DNA of 63,017 nt, counting the filler, from Bigelowiella natans CCMP2755 (taxonomy: Eukaryota; Protista; Cercozoa): NCBI GenBank assembly GCA_000320545.1. It is 7 parts of 7 records of this genome, joined end to end, with 100 filler letters (N's around TTAATTAATTAA, not from the genome) between each part and the next. Parts side by side here need not be neighbours in the genome. Positions count along the whole stretch, not along the records: positions 10,445 to 24,541 come from ADNK01000231.1; 6 more parts are not named here. One strand, written 5' to 3'. This document shows positions 11,395 to 24,641 of the stretch, piece after piece. Numbering within the stretch: the first letter of the stretch is position 1; each line of letters opens with the position of its first letter. Both the position numbers and the translations under genes were made by a program. The notes below the pieces were generated by a model. It was not told the DNA's origin. It searched no databases and was given only the letters and a program-made list of their open reading frames with translations.

Positions 11395-13242
11395 CTGCGA
11401 ATGAAGGGAAAATCACGACGAGTAAGTCTTCACACATATACAGCCAACGAGGACAATGGGAAGATAAGTCTTCACCAGTGCCCAAGACAATTTGACACAC
11501 GGAGAATAACGTGGAGCACTAACTATGGCTCTCATCCCCCGTGGTGGTGGCGGTGGGAACAACTCTACAAATTCGTCGTCTGCAACCAAATGCATTCCTC
11601 TGCCGCCTACTCTATCATAGCCTACGATTTCCTAGATCACCATTATGACAGAAAATATACACCGGCAACAGCGATAAGCGGGGAGGGGGGGGACCTGGGA
11701 TGCCATGTTCTCCAAGATTTGATGTAGGGATCTCTCTCACCAACTCAACCAAGATACATACAAATTTATCAGACTTAGAACGCGCGGCACTAAAACTTGA
11801 AACGCCTTTCTTTTTCATGTCTAAGACAACAAAAATATGTTGACGTATAAAAATGTAACATGTCCTTTTTTGCATTCAAATTTGATATTAGAATTCTGCC
11901 AGATCATGGCTGCAATTTCATGATGATGCAGGCGAATTTCCCTTATAAAGACCCTAAATAACCCCTATTTTTTCCCGCCAGATCAATTTCTGCGCCTGGC
12001 CGGTGATCAGAGGACATTTGAACACAGTGAAACGCCCTCGATTTCCGCACATTTTCCTTCCCCGGAGTACGTTTTTTTGGTTTTTGTTCCGTTCCTTCTC
12101 GGCGTTTCAAGCGAATTTTCCCGCTACACGTGCCCGCGTGAGTCAGAGCGAAACGCACTTGACCGTCGCGATCCTAGCTAGCTAGGAGGACTCGATGATG
12201 CGATTTTCAATTGGCGATTTTTCCGGAGGCATGGAGGTTTACACTTCTAGTGCTTACTTCTCAGGGTGATGGTTGCGCCTACGCGAAGCTCAATGTTCAT
12301 CGTTCATTTGTTTTGGTCTTTGTTCTTTTTGATGGTGACGCGACAATGACGTGCACACAACCCAGGCGCAGCGCAGTCGTCATCATTGCTCGCCGCCGCT
12401 TGTGGGCCATGTCCCACACTTCTTTTCCCTTACCATGCGGTGGGAAAAATTACGAAAGTGCGCAACGTGAAATTTTGCCCACTGACGACCAACTGCTGAA
12501 CCAAATTGTTGCTGACGAAGTGACACGATGGAAGTCCTGGCTAGCTGGGCGGCACACTAGCACTAGTAGCACACCACGTGCCTTTTGTGAAAACAGTCTT
12601 TGTCAGAGGCAAAGACTACGTCAAAGATTTTATAATGATTTGGCCCACAAATCCTACGCAAAATCCAATGGAAAAGTTGTGGAACATGGAAAAGTTCCAG
12701 AGTTGATGGGTTTCCCCAGCTGAAATCGGAGCTCGGCCAGCACCTCTAGACTTGTTTGGGCCTTCCAGGTGTTCTGGAACTAGAGCTGAGAAAAAGGAGA
12801 CTCAACTCCATGATGCACCAGTCAGGCACGAGAAATTCTGCTGCGTGGGCAATGGCGCGATGCTCTGCTGTGGATTTTTGCCATGTCATTTTTGCACATT
12901 TTCACCAGTTTTTCAACAAAGATTGTTTTCACAAAAGACATGTGATGTGCCTAGGATTTTCATCACGTCATTCTAGCAATTCAGTTCAGCAGTGGAACGT
13001 TAGTAGGCAAATTTTCTACATGGACTTATAAGTTACATTTCATGTTGCACATTTTCGCAATTTTTGCTACCGCCGACAGTAGGGAAATGAAATGTGCTAG
13101 TGTGGGATGTGCTAGCTAGAATGGCCCATGCTAGCATGAGCGGCGGCGCGCCTCCCACATGCTGCATGAATGATCTACGCAATGCTATGGTAACAACATT
13201 GATGCATGAGCAAGGTTGGACTAAATCAGAATGACTATTACG

Positions 13243-14686
13243 CTATGCGATCTTTGAAGCGAAATATCTCTCCGAAGAGCCTGTCTCAAAGCCCTTTTCC
13301 AGAAGATCTGGTCTCATCTGAAGCAAAATAGCCTTTGCCTTCCTCATCACATAAACACCCCTTCCCATCGTAGCTGCCACAAGGGTGTCAGAAAAATGCT
13401 CGTAGGAAAGGCCTTTCACCATGATCAGAGGTAACTGGTCACAACTTCCAATTCTCGTCCAAAGACCGAGTTTGTCTGTCCAAGACACGTAAGCACCACT
13501 CGTGGTACCCACCAGCAGCGCCGACACAGAGTCTTGATTGGAGCTACTGCTGTGATTCTGGCTTTTCACAAAGTCAATGATTAGTAGTCCAGACGGTCTA
13601 GCTCTTTCCACACCATCGAGGATGTTACCCGTCGCATTTTTCCACGAATCGCCCGCATCCATTGTGACCCATATCGATTCGATTCCATCATTCACCTTGA
13701 CGCTGGGCCATCCGGTAACTGCTATAATACTCGAATCACGGGGAGATACAGCGAGGGACACAGTTTTATCGTGCGAAATGGGCCCCACAACCGTCTCCCC
13801 GTCTCGAATATCAAACACTACTGGAGGGGCAAATTTCGTCGGGAGCGCTTTAGTGAGCACCTGACTGCCAGCGGCTCCGGCTGCAGTATAGTAATGCAGG
13901 TGGGTGCCGTTAATCCCGACCAGTAGGCTGTCATCGGACTGACCGCGGGTGAAACCACCAGCGACAAAACTGTATACCTCTCCTTCGGTCCCTACCAGCA
14001 ATTTTGGGGGCTCCAGCTGGTCTTGGGACTTGATTCCGTGCGGGATGTCCAGAGCGTACCAACCAGATGGGGGAACATCGCCTGCTTCTTCTCCAGCTGA
14101 GCAATTCGCCCAGAAGACAAGCTGCGTTGGTGACTGAGAGTTCAGAGCATATGGCTGCACGAAGTACGGAAAGCAGTGCGGGTCCTCGAAGCCAAACTCT
14201 CCCAAATCTATCCCAACCCGGAGCATGGGCTCACTCCCCTCCACGAAGGCAAGTCCTTGATCCATATCATCATCATCGTCGGAACTACTGATGACATCTT
14301 TCTCACCCAGCCTCTCCGTACTCCTACCCTTCTGCGTCTTCTTCGTTTCGTCGTCAGGGCCGATGCCGAGGCACTGTCGCGCGCCGAACAATCTCGCCGG
14401 TGCGACCGTATTGTCGACCGCTGTGATGGTGCCGTCACCCATTACAACGCCATAGGATCTGGACCCACTGGTAGTTTGGGGCGGGGCAACCTGGACATCA
14501 TTATCCTGTGCACCGCCAATCCAGCGATCTAACGAGGCGTCCCAGTGCGCCGAGAGCATTTCCATTCCCTTTATGTCGCCTAATCGCATGGTTTGTCAGT
14601 GATGCAGGGACACAGTTTCTAGTCCCTCTAAGCACTAATATCATTATATAAGATGCATGAATCCTCCCATTTGTGCGTGAGATACA

Positions 14687-14730
<44 letters not shown>

Positions 14731-16040
14731 CGTGCGTGCGAACGTGCATGTTATGTTTGCTCTGTGTTTCTTCGCACATCGCGGATGCTACCGTTCAGGC
14801 TTCTCCAGCGACCTCCCTGGTCTTGTGGTTTCGATCGTGCAAACACTCCCCCATCTGAAGTCAGCACAAGCTCGTTTAGCTCTGCATTAAATGCCAACGA
14901 CCGACAGTCGCAATGAGGCTGGGAATTATCCACGGTGTCCGCTCCCACCAGAGGCGTCCAGTCACCACTCTCCAGATTCACCCTGAAGGCAATATGCCCG
15001 CCGTTGCCTGCAAGGTAGAGTAGAGAGGCGTTATTTGGGTCAGGAAGAATTGCCATTCGGTCCTTTGGCATAGCATCATCGTCCAGCTTTTGCTGTCTCG
15101 AGAGAGGTTTCCAAGTGGCACTGGTCTTTCTGCCACTAGATGCTTCGAGCGACCGAGAGAAAATCACGGTGTCTGTAGAAGTAGGGTCGGATTTGTTCAC
15201 AGTGAGGCCCCCGAGAAAGATCGAGCCGTGGGCCACGGCCATACATGGGTAAAATGGCACGTGGTTGGAGGGCCATTCGACCCCATCACTCCAATCCACC
15301 CAATTTGTGCCCAAGTCACCTGACATGAACACTGTGCGCGATTCCAATGCAAGAGCAGCGAAGATCCTTTTGGAGCCCTTCGCATCATACGCGAGGCCAA
15401 AAGCGGGGTATGGCAACGTTTTTTGCCATTCATCGCCCGTGCTCTTCCATACTCCTCCATCATTTGGATCATACAGGCTAGAGCGAGTGGATACGATTGT
15501 GGTTTGAGCGTCGACAGCGACGATCCCTGTGACGAAATGGTTCGGCGGAAACGACGTCATCTTCCATGTCAATCCGGCATCGGAACTTACCATCACGCCA
15601 CCCCAGTTGCCATCGTTCACCACATTCCAATCGTCTCCCTCCTCACTGCTAGTCGATCCTCCACACCCCGCAAAAACGACATCTGGGTCAAAAGCAGAGA
15701 CGGCTAAGGCTGAGATTGAGTAGCAATTCACCGGTTGACCATCAAGACGGGGATTCCATGCAGGTAGGTCAGAGCTAATATTCGAGGCGGGGGTGGACCA
15801 AACGCCTCCATTGGCGAAACCTACAAGCCATCGCGATGGATACTTGTTACCCCCTGCTAGTACAGATGCCTGAATCGCCCCAGCTGAGGTCATATTTGCT
15901 GGAACGGTGAAATCATTGTATGTGGCAGGACCAGCGTGCGTCCATGGGGCATCGTTTTCAGCAGCCCCACACGTGTCCACCAACGTCGCAGCCAGGCTGA
16001 CAAACGGAAGGCACAGAGCGATGAGGAGGGCCCCAGGCAT
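13243..16040 (-). CDS. Secreted BNR/Asp-box beta-propeller protein (GH74/sialidase-like fold), two exons 16040-14792 and 14579-13243
   Basis: Signal peptide MPGALLIALCLPFVSLAA; motifs NGGVWST, SSDAGLTW, SGDLGTNW, PHCDCRSLAF, SDGGVF, GGAQDND, TMDAGDSW, AATMGRGVY. A GT-AG intron joins RSLNG/DIKGME in frame. Confidence 0.85.
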
Positions 16041-16458
16041 GGCGTTGTCTTCCAAGAAACTCTGCGACGCAGCCTTTGGTTGTCGCAGGGTATAAATCCC
16101 CACTATTTCTGCGCTACCCACTTCCGACAAGGGGTACGACTCGTGCAAATCTTCTGGGGGTATCGAACCAGGAATGCTTATGAATTCGCGACTGCGTCAA
16201 TCTTCACGGGATAGCGCAGTGCACAAACCTAGGGCATTTTCGAACCACTTTCGGATGCGGCCCCGTTGACCGGAATACTTCAGACGCTCGTGCTCCGGAG
16301 GGACTTCGCAGACCTTGAGGAAACGCGTTGATTTCACCAATTTCTGGTAGTAATTACATGTCGTAGCACATAAAAGAAGGGTATAGTACGAAAACTTCAC
16401 GAGATATCTTGCGGGTAAATCCCACACAGCAGCGCGCTTGGAGCCGGTTGAAGGAAAA
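16041..16458. promoter_or_regulatory. Short divergent intergenic region (probable bidirectional promoter) between BNR gene and HGD
   Basis: Head-to-head ATGs 418 bp apart; no specific element identified. Confidence 0.4.
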
Positions 16459-16986
16459 ATGCAGGACAGCAACGGAGCTGAGGAGCTGAAATACCTCACC
16501 GGATTCGGCGGAGAGTTTGCCTCAGAGGCTCTCAAGGATGCACTCCCTAAGAACATGAACAACCCGAAAAAGTTATCCCAGAATACGCCCAACACTGCAT
16601 CTTTCACATAGTTTGGCTTTTCCGAACATGCAGAATCGAGGATGTGTTCCTCGATTTAATTGTGCTAATCAATTGTTCCAGGTGTCCATATGGACTTTAC
16701 GCAGAGCAACTATCTGGCACGTCATTCACGACACCACGCGTGCACAATCAGCGAACGTAAGTGCGCGCATTTCCGATCGAGACAGAATTAATCTTCTTCG
16801 TAAAAGCAACTGTGCGTTGGTCGCTGATAAGGAAATCGATGTTGTATGTTCGCGTTTTTAGCTGGTTCTATAGGATAATGCCCTCTTGTAAGCATGGGAA
16901 GTACAAGAAGATCGAGAAAAAGTACATCATAGCAGATTTCTCCAAGCAGGTCCGATCTCTCGTCTGTCCTTCTATTCGTATATATA

Positions 16987-17029
<43 letters not shown>

Positions 17030-17523
17030 CCCCCCCCCCTGGTCCCTCACTGTTGCGCCCCTCCCTATTTCTCCATATGTTCTTCGTGGTACATCCTCAG
17101 GTTGCTACCCCTGAGCGTTTTCGCTGGAACCCTTTCCCAATGCCGAAGGAGGAGGAAAAGATTGACTTCATCGATGTGGGGAGCCCAGCAAAAGCTTGAG
17201 TTTTTCTCCTCTTTGCATATGTTTCTATCCAAATGATATCCACCCATCTCCGATATGATGCCTCGTATGTGCCAGGGGATGCGCACTGTTGGTGGCGCTG
17301 GGAGCGCCGAAACGAAGACGGGCTTTGCGGTTCATGTTTACGCGGCCAACACCTCGATGGCCAACAAGTACGCATTCCAGATATCAATTGTGTTCTGTAT
17401 ATCATTGCTATGATTGTATCTCATCTTATTGTGATCATGGTCATAATGTAATCGGAATGGCTATTATTATCACCTTGCCATCTTCGTGGTTGTTGCCGTT
17501 GTCGGACCTGCCTCTCTTCTTCT

Positions 17524-17556
<33 letters not shown>

Positions 17557-18331
17557 AATCTATTCCATCATGTCTTTCTAGGGCATTCGTGAATTCGGAT
17601 GGTGACCTCCTCATTGGTATTATCTATAATCGCACTTAGATCATGCTCGGTCTGACAAAAATCAATGTCAGCAAATCCATTTCCATTCATTGATTCCCAG
17701 TGTTAGTGGTTCTGTGTATCTGGACGATGATTGTCACCCTATGATACGCCTTTTTGCGTGCGTTCAATCGCGGTCATCATCGGTGTGCCCGCTCAGCATC
17801 CCTGGCTCTGAATTTAGGATTAAGCATTTCTATATCCGTATTGTGGCTTTGCTTTTGTCGCACTCATTCTTTCCCCGTCTTCTTCGTCGTCGTCCGTTGC
17901 CAGTGCCGCAGCATGGCGATATGCTGATCACGACGGAGTGCGGTCTCCTCGCTGTCAAGCCTGGAGAGATTGCTGTGGTTGGTTCAGCCATGATACTGAT
18001 AATGCGTCTCGCTCTTCCTTTGCCTCCACTATGAGCTATTGTTGCTGCTGATGGTAATGTGTTCGGATTTGTAATAATATCCCCCTTCTTCTTCTTCTTC
18101 CCCTCCTCTTCCCTCATCTACGAGTAGATACAACGAGGGCACAAGTTTAAAGTCGATTTTCCTGAGAAAGGCTCTCGGTGATACTGTTGTCTTCTCTGTC
18201 TTCTCTCCTCCTCCTCCTCCTCCACCACCACCACCACCACCTACTTCTCCTCCTCCTCCTCCTCCTCCTCCTCCTCCTCCTTCTTCTTCTTCTCATTTTT
18301 GCTCCTTCATGAATCACATATCATGCTCTGT

Positions 18332-18367
<36 letters not shown>

Positions 18368-19790
18368 GCCTCCAGCATGATTGGGATGAAATGAATTGTC
18401 AGGCGAGGCTATATTTGTGAGGTCTTCGATGGGCACTTCGTCCTCCCGGATCTTGGCCCTATTGGTAGATCAACCAATCAATCAATCAATCAGTCAATCA
18501 GCAAATAATGGTGGTGGTGGTGGTGGTGGTAGTAGTAGCAGTAGTAGCAGCAGCAGTAGCAGATACATCCCTGGCAATGCATATTGATTCGAAATCGTGA
18601 GCAAGCGGCTTCTACGGTGGTGGGGAACGTGTTCACACTAGCGGATTATAGCCCCCCCCCCTCCTTGGCTCTGTGATTAGTGCCCGAGCGTGATGTACCT
18701 TGTTGCTGCTGCCATTGAAGATAATGGTGATGATGATGAGAATGACGATGATGCTGCTGCTGACGATGATGACGGCGATAGCGATAATATACCCGTGCTT
18801 TTCCAGGCGCGAACGGCCTTGCCAACCCTCGCGACTTCCTGCACCCGACAGCTCGCTTTGAGGACAAGGAAGGAAAGCACACGCTTCTTCAGGTGCCTGC
18901 CGCCGTTGATGAGCCATCGTAGCCGTCTTAGGGGAGACCATGCACATAACGATGATGAGAAAGAAGAAGAAGAAGAAGAAGAGGAAAAAGATCATCACGA
19001 AAATCAGAGGAAGAATTATGGCAAGGGATGACTAAAATTCGAGGAAGTAAATCGGCGGGCGAGAAAGAGAAGCTCCGCAGCTTCTCCGGCTATATATTAC
19101 GCACCAATTAAGCATCATCACCCAGTTTGTTCTCCCTCGTTTGTGTCGTCATTTCCAGTCTTCTTCATCGGTTATAAGAGTTTTATGAACATATATATTG
19201 ATGATGCTCATCAGAAATTCCTTGGAGGTGTGTTCGAGGCAGAGCTGGAGCGAAGGTTGCTGTTTAAGGAGGGGGGGGGGGGGGGGGGGGGTGAATGGAG
19301 GAGGAGAGATGTGAGACGTCCGGTTTTATCGTTAGTAATTATGAGGAATCGCTCTTTTAAAAAAACCTTGAGGAGTTTTTCTAATTTTCATTAAGAACAT
19401 GCAATGCGAAAGACTAACCATGCCGTAGTGTACCAATGCGGTTTCCCCCCTGTCTTTTGTATTATGTGGTGTTGCGGGAGATGGTGAATCGTCGCCGCCG
19501 CCGCCGTCGTCTTTCAGTTTTTAAGAATTTGGTTTTCTTTATTGCAAAAAGCTTCATCATCTGAATTCCTTGCCTCTTCTTCCTTATCTTCTTCTTCTTC
19601 CTTATCTTCTTCTTCTTCTTTTTCTTCTTCTCCTTCTTCTCCTCTGTCGCAACAACACGGCGTTTCGTTGTTAGCCCATTTGACGTCGTCGCGTGGCATG
19701 GAAACTACGTGCCGTACAAGTAGCTGAATTGCAGAATAACGATAAGAGCACGCCTGCATTTCAAACGCATTTTCTAAATCCATGTTTGCC

Positions 19791-19836
<46 letters not shown>

Positions 19837-20407
19837 CTCTCTCGCTCTCTCTCTCCACTTCTGTACGCGCATGCGATGAGAAATGAATGTCGGGGCTCTG
19901 TTTCTCTCCGATGATGTTCTCCGTGTTGTTTGTGTTTGCGCTTAGATACGACATGGGCAACTTCGTCGCTGTGAACAGCGTCACCGTCGACCACATGGTG
20001 CTGCTACCGATTTGATTGATTGCTTCAAGTCCATTCTTTCCTTCATTCTTCGTGCAGGGAGCAAGGAGGAGGAGGAGGAGAATGCCAATGATGATAGTGA
20101 AAGGGAGAGAACAACGAACACAAATTAAAGCCAGAGGAGACGATAAACATCTGAATACAATCGTCATTGCACCGCCCTACCCCCCCTCCTCCTCTTCCTC
20201 TTCCTCCTCCTCCTTCTTCTTCTTAGGATCCCTCCATCTTCACGGTGCTCACATGCCAGACAACTAACCCGGGCGTTGCGGCGGTAAACACGCGCCTACA
20301 CTCACACTCGCACTCGCACTCACACTCACACTCACAACACAAGCAAACAATACAGCACCAATAGATAAGGATGGTGTATAGAGAGGCATCATCGTCATCA
20401 TCATCGT

Positions 20408-20438
<31 letters not shown>

Positions 20439-20701
20439 AGCAGCAGATAAATGGCTACTACTACTACCTTCTTACTTGCGACAAGCAGTGGTGGTAGTAT
20501 TAGTCCGAAGCAAGCATGAAGCAGTAGCGACTGGCCATCAAGAGATACGATGCTGGGATCGATTGGAGAATGCTGCCCTTCACAGGGGGCTGCTGATGAT
20601 CATCATCGCGGGGGGGGGAAACTGCCAGAGGGAGAGGGAGAGAAGGGGGCGACGAATGATAGCGAGGATGATGAACTCAAGATGCAAATGACTTTGTGGA
20701 G

Positions 20702-20752
<51 letters not shown>

Positions 20753-20855
20753 GCCTTTTTGTTCTATTTCATGTGTCGGTTTTGTGGTCTCCCCCCCACG
20801 CACGGCCGCGCTCACTCACTCTCTCTCTCTCTCCCCCCCCCATGTAGCCTCCACC

Positions 20856-20908
<53 letters not shown>

Positions 20909-22040
20909 AATGTGTGAATGCTGAATAGTTGCAAAGAGGTGTTAGCAGAAGTTCTTTTCAGCTGTTAGGAGGAAGTACGGAGGACGAAGTTGCAATGGTT
21001 GGTAATACATTCATCCATCAGTCATCATAGGTCAAATAATGAATGAACGTGCCACCCACTAGACATTTGTGGTTGCAGCGGCTGCTGATGCTGTGGTGGT
21101 TGGTATGGGGCTGCCCTGTGCGTGATTCCATTGTGGCTCGCGCCGCAGTTGGGGGGGGTGTTTAAATTTTGTAACAATCAAGAATTCCCTTCCTGCAAAG
21201 TTTTGGAAGTCCGATCCATCCCTTCTCCCCCCCCCCCCCCCCTAAAATAGCTTGCACAGTATCATGGCTGGACATGGTCCAGACGCTGGTACATTCGACA
21301 AGTGCTCGGAGGAGAAGGGTGACCCGCCTGTGCAGGTGGTGAATAACACAACTAGCAGCACAGATGATGATGATGATGACGATGATGATGATGATGACAC
21401 CGAAGAACGCCAGAAGTATTTCCGAGGAAATCTCTCTCGTGGTGCAGCAGCTGCTGCTGCTGCTGGTGGTGGTGGTGGTAGATACGGCACGTCGGGTGCG
21501 GGGGTTAATCGCCACACGCCGTTCGATCAAAAACTAGCACAAACGAAGATTCTTACGATTCTCATCTTCGTTGCTGCTTGGATATAGGCACTTAAGTTAA
21601 TGAGAAAACACTAATAATCGACCGAATCATCCCCCCCCCCCGCTCCCATTATCCGCTAAGATGCCTCCAAACGCCCTGGCGTTCATGTTCGAGTCGACGT
21701 ATTTCATGCGAGTCACCGAATGGGCGCTCAAAGAAGCGCCGTTAGAACAGGCAACGCATACACAATACACCCACTTGTACGCTTGCGTGTGGGGAAAATA
21801 AGCAAGATATAGGGGAATTACTCAGTCAATTCATGTCATCGTACTACACTCGCACGTTATGTTCCCTTTTCGAGACGCCGCCACACAGCTCACGGCTTAG
21901 GTTTTTGATTTTGTGCTTCCCCACTCACCCCCCCTGCCAATGCCGTCTTCCTTCAGGATTACAACAAGTGTTGGGCCGGGTTGAAAAGCAAGTTTGATCC
22001 GAAATGGAGGAAGGAGAGTGACGCGGCAGGGAAACAGTAA
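16459..22040 (+). CDS. HGD: Homogentisate 1,2-dioxygenase, multi-exon
   Basis: Exons read [141 protein letters not shown]. One internal block was not found (see findings). Confidence 0.96.
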
Positions 22041-22473
22041 GAATCGCGCTGTGTGTTCGTGCGTGCATGCTAGCATGCCCATCGTCATGAAGCAAGCAAG
22101 AATTCAATCGTGCTGACACTCTACGATGTATTGCTTATATAAATCATTGCAATATTTTGCCACATGATGAGCATGCCGCATGCTGTGCTTGCAGAGCTAC
22201 ATAAACGGAATTCGCTCATCAGCTCATGTATGATTGAAGTGTATGAAGTAATTGCACACCAGTCCCGAGGGCCGTGTCCCCACCTGGCTGCACAAACGAT
22301 ATACTATACATAAAGCGCAATACATTTTCGATGGCAAATAATGAAGCTTGTACATACTAGCGTAGCAACATGATAGTCAACTTTGCCCATCGCCATAAGA
22401 ATTCCAGGCTGATCGAGTGCAAAGAACAGCCTTGCGTAATAATCAAATCGTTTCCGTTTCATATGCTACTAGA

Positions 22474-22575
22474 CGTGCATACACCCGTACAATTTTTTGC
22501 GCACACGTCGTGCTGATATGCTGTCGTGCATACACCCGTACAATTTTTTGCGCACACGTCGTGCTGATATGCTGT
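22474..22575. repeat. Perfect 51-bp tandem duplication (2 copies)
   Basis: cgtgcatacacccgtacaattttttgcgcacacgtcgtgctgatatgctgt x2. Confidence 0.95.
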
Positions 22576-22777
22576 CTTCGACTATCGTCAGGCTGAAGTA
22601 ATAGACGGTGATATCGATCATGCAATACCCTTTGTGCTAATCGGTGGCACACAATCATCTAGAAGAGTCGTCTGTTTTAAAGCACACAGAAAAGGATGAG
22701 AACGCGCAGTCATCATTTCGATCAGCATTACATTTATCTCGCTCCAACGGAGAAATACAATCAGGCACCCCAGTATA

Positions 22778-23413
22778 TTAGCGAGCAATGGCGCACCCAA
22801 CCTCCCCCCCCCCCCTCCCCCTCCGTTCTATCCGTTTCTTGATTGTATAGAGAAGTAATGCTCGCACGCAGTGGCGAACGCACTCAGGCACCGCGCTCAC
22901 ATAAACGCACAAAACAAGAAGGCTGAGGACCAGATTCAAAGGTGGGAATTGCCGTTTGTAGAGAGTCATGAAGGCAGCCTCGCCGAGGGTTGGCTTGCCA
23001 GTGAACGTGCACTTTAAGTTTCCGTGCGTGCCTATACATCGTTGGATGCGGCCCTCCAGACCTGTGTTCATATCGGTTAATGCGCGACGTCCGATGATGA
23101 TGATGATGACGCTGATATTAATGCTGCTGTCGTTGTTGTTGTTGTTGATGATGATGATAGTGACGATAGTGATGGTGATACGCGCAGATCTATGATTCGA
23201 AATATCCCCCACAGCGCAGCACCTACCTGTGTGCGTCCAGAGCTTCACGTCTTTCAGAAACTCCCCATCCTCTTTGCAGTACACCTGTGTGTGGCGAGGG
23301 TTGTTCGTCGTTCGCGTTGGGGAGGGACGGGGGGGGAGGGATTTGGTGATGGAATATAGGATGGCAGCAGTGTGAAACGGTTCAATTATGGCGAGGATGC
23401 ATGCATGATAGAC

Positions 23414-23445
<32 letters not shown>

Positions 23446-23535
23446 GTGACGAGAATAGTTGTGGGTTGTAAGGGCCGAACCAAGTCCCGCATCGTCGCGG
23501 AATTGTACTTGTGCACCTTGAAGATCTGAGGAGCG

Positions 23536-23569
<34 letters not shown>

Positions 23570-23744
23570 ACACACATAGGTGAGAATGGGAGGCGGGGGA
23601 GAAGGGAGGAGGAGGAGTGAAGACGAAAGCCATAGAATGGTTTCCCCCAACTACTATTACATTGTTACGACGATAGCTGATATACCCCTCCTCCTCCTCC
23701 TCCTCCTTCTCGCAACAGATTTCATATCACAATCGTATGTGTGT

Positions 23745-23783
<39 letters not shown>

Positions 23784-24240
23784 AACCACCACCAGCAGCA
23801 GCACCTTTCCATTGAGTATGCGGTGGCGCAGCATGACCCTGAATGGGTCGACAGCTTCCACCCATCCCGTGGCCACTAGCGGGCCCAATGTGCGGTCAAA
23901 TGGGGGGAGAAGAGGGGGGGGGCGTGCGGCGGCGGCGGCGACGGCGTTTCCCGTAAGATTCCCCATCCCCTCCACCTCCCCTCTGCCTTGGCTCGCTGGA
24001 TCTATTCTCGAAGAGGGGAGGAAGGCGAGCACTGGGGACGGGAGATATGCAACGCGCCCATAGTAGCTCGCTTGCAAACGTTCGTTCACCTTGCGTAGCA
24101 GCAAAGAAACGATGGGATAAATGCTGGTTCTATATCACGTGACAACGTCATCACTTACGTCGAAGGAGCGCACAAACCGGTACGGTTCCCGCTTGCCTTT
24201 GCTGAAGATTGGCGTGCTTCTAAAGCGCCGTATCCCGACC
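22778..24240 (-). CDS. TSR1-like 40S ribosome biogenesis factor, C-terminal (BMS1/TSR1) domain; partial, divergent
   Basis: Exons read VGIRRFRSTPIFSK, QASYYGRVAYLPSPVLAF, VATGWVEAVDPFRVMLRHRILNG, IFKVHK, VKLWTHTG, GRIQRCIGTHGNLKCTF..MTLYKRQFP, matching the TSR1 GTHGxxKCxF..LYKRxFP pattern. Confidence 0.8.
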
Positions 24241-24541
24241 TATTTTTCATCGGTTAAGCGACAACTTTTTACGCAATAAACAAGGGAATACAAGCAAGGC
24301 GAAGAGGAGGAAGGGAGAGGGGGGGGGGGGGGGGGGGGGATTAGCACGTGAACATATAATATGTGGGGGGGGCGGCACGCACTGCATATCTTGGGGTAAG
24401 GGGGCCCCAAAAAAATAATGCTTTTTTTTAAAGGGCAGGGGGTTTGGAAAAAAAGAGCCCTCCCCCCCCACCAAAATACAAAATGCTTAAAATTTTACAA
24501 AGGGAAAATTCCCTGTGGTAAAAAAAGGGGGGGGGAGCGGT

Positions 24542-24641
24542 NNNNNNNNNNNNNNNNNNNNNNNNNNNNNNNNNNNNNNNNNNNNTTAATTAATTAANNN
24601 NNNNNNNNNNNNNNNNNNNNNNNNNNNNNNNNNNNNNNNNN
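24542..24641. other. Assembly gap spacer
   Basis: N run with TTAATTAATTAA linker. Confidence 0.98.

Noticed and set aside
20770-20802. VGFVVSPPR as the missing HGD DFVIFPPR exon
   Set aside because: Poor match, no suitable acceptor or donor, and no continuation into HRN/EFMG.
22474-22575. CRISPR-like repeat
   Set aside because: Two abutting units, no spacers, eukaryotic context, no cas genes.
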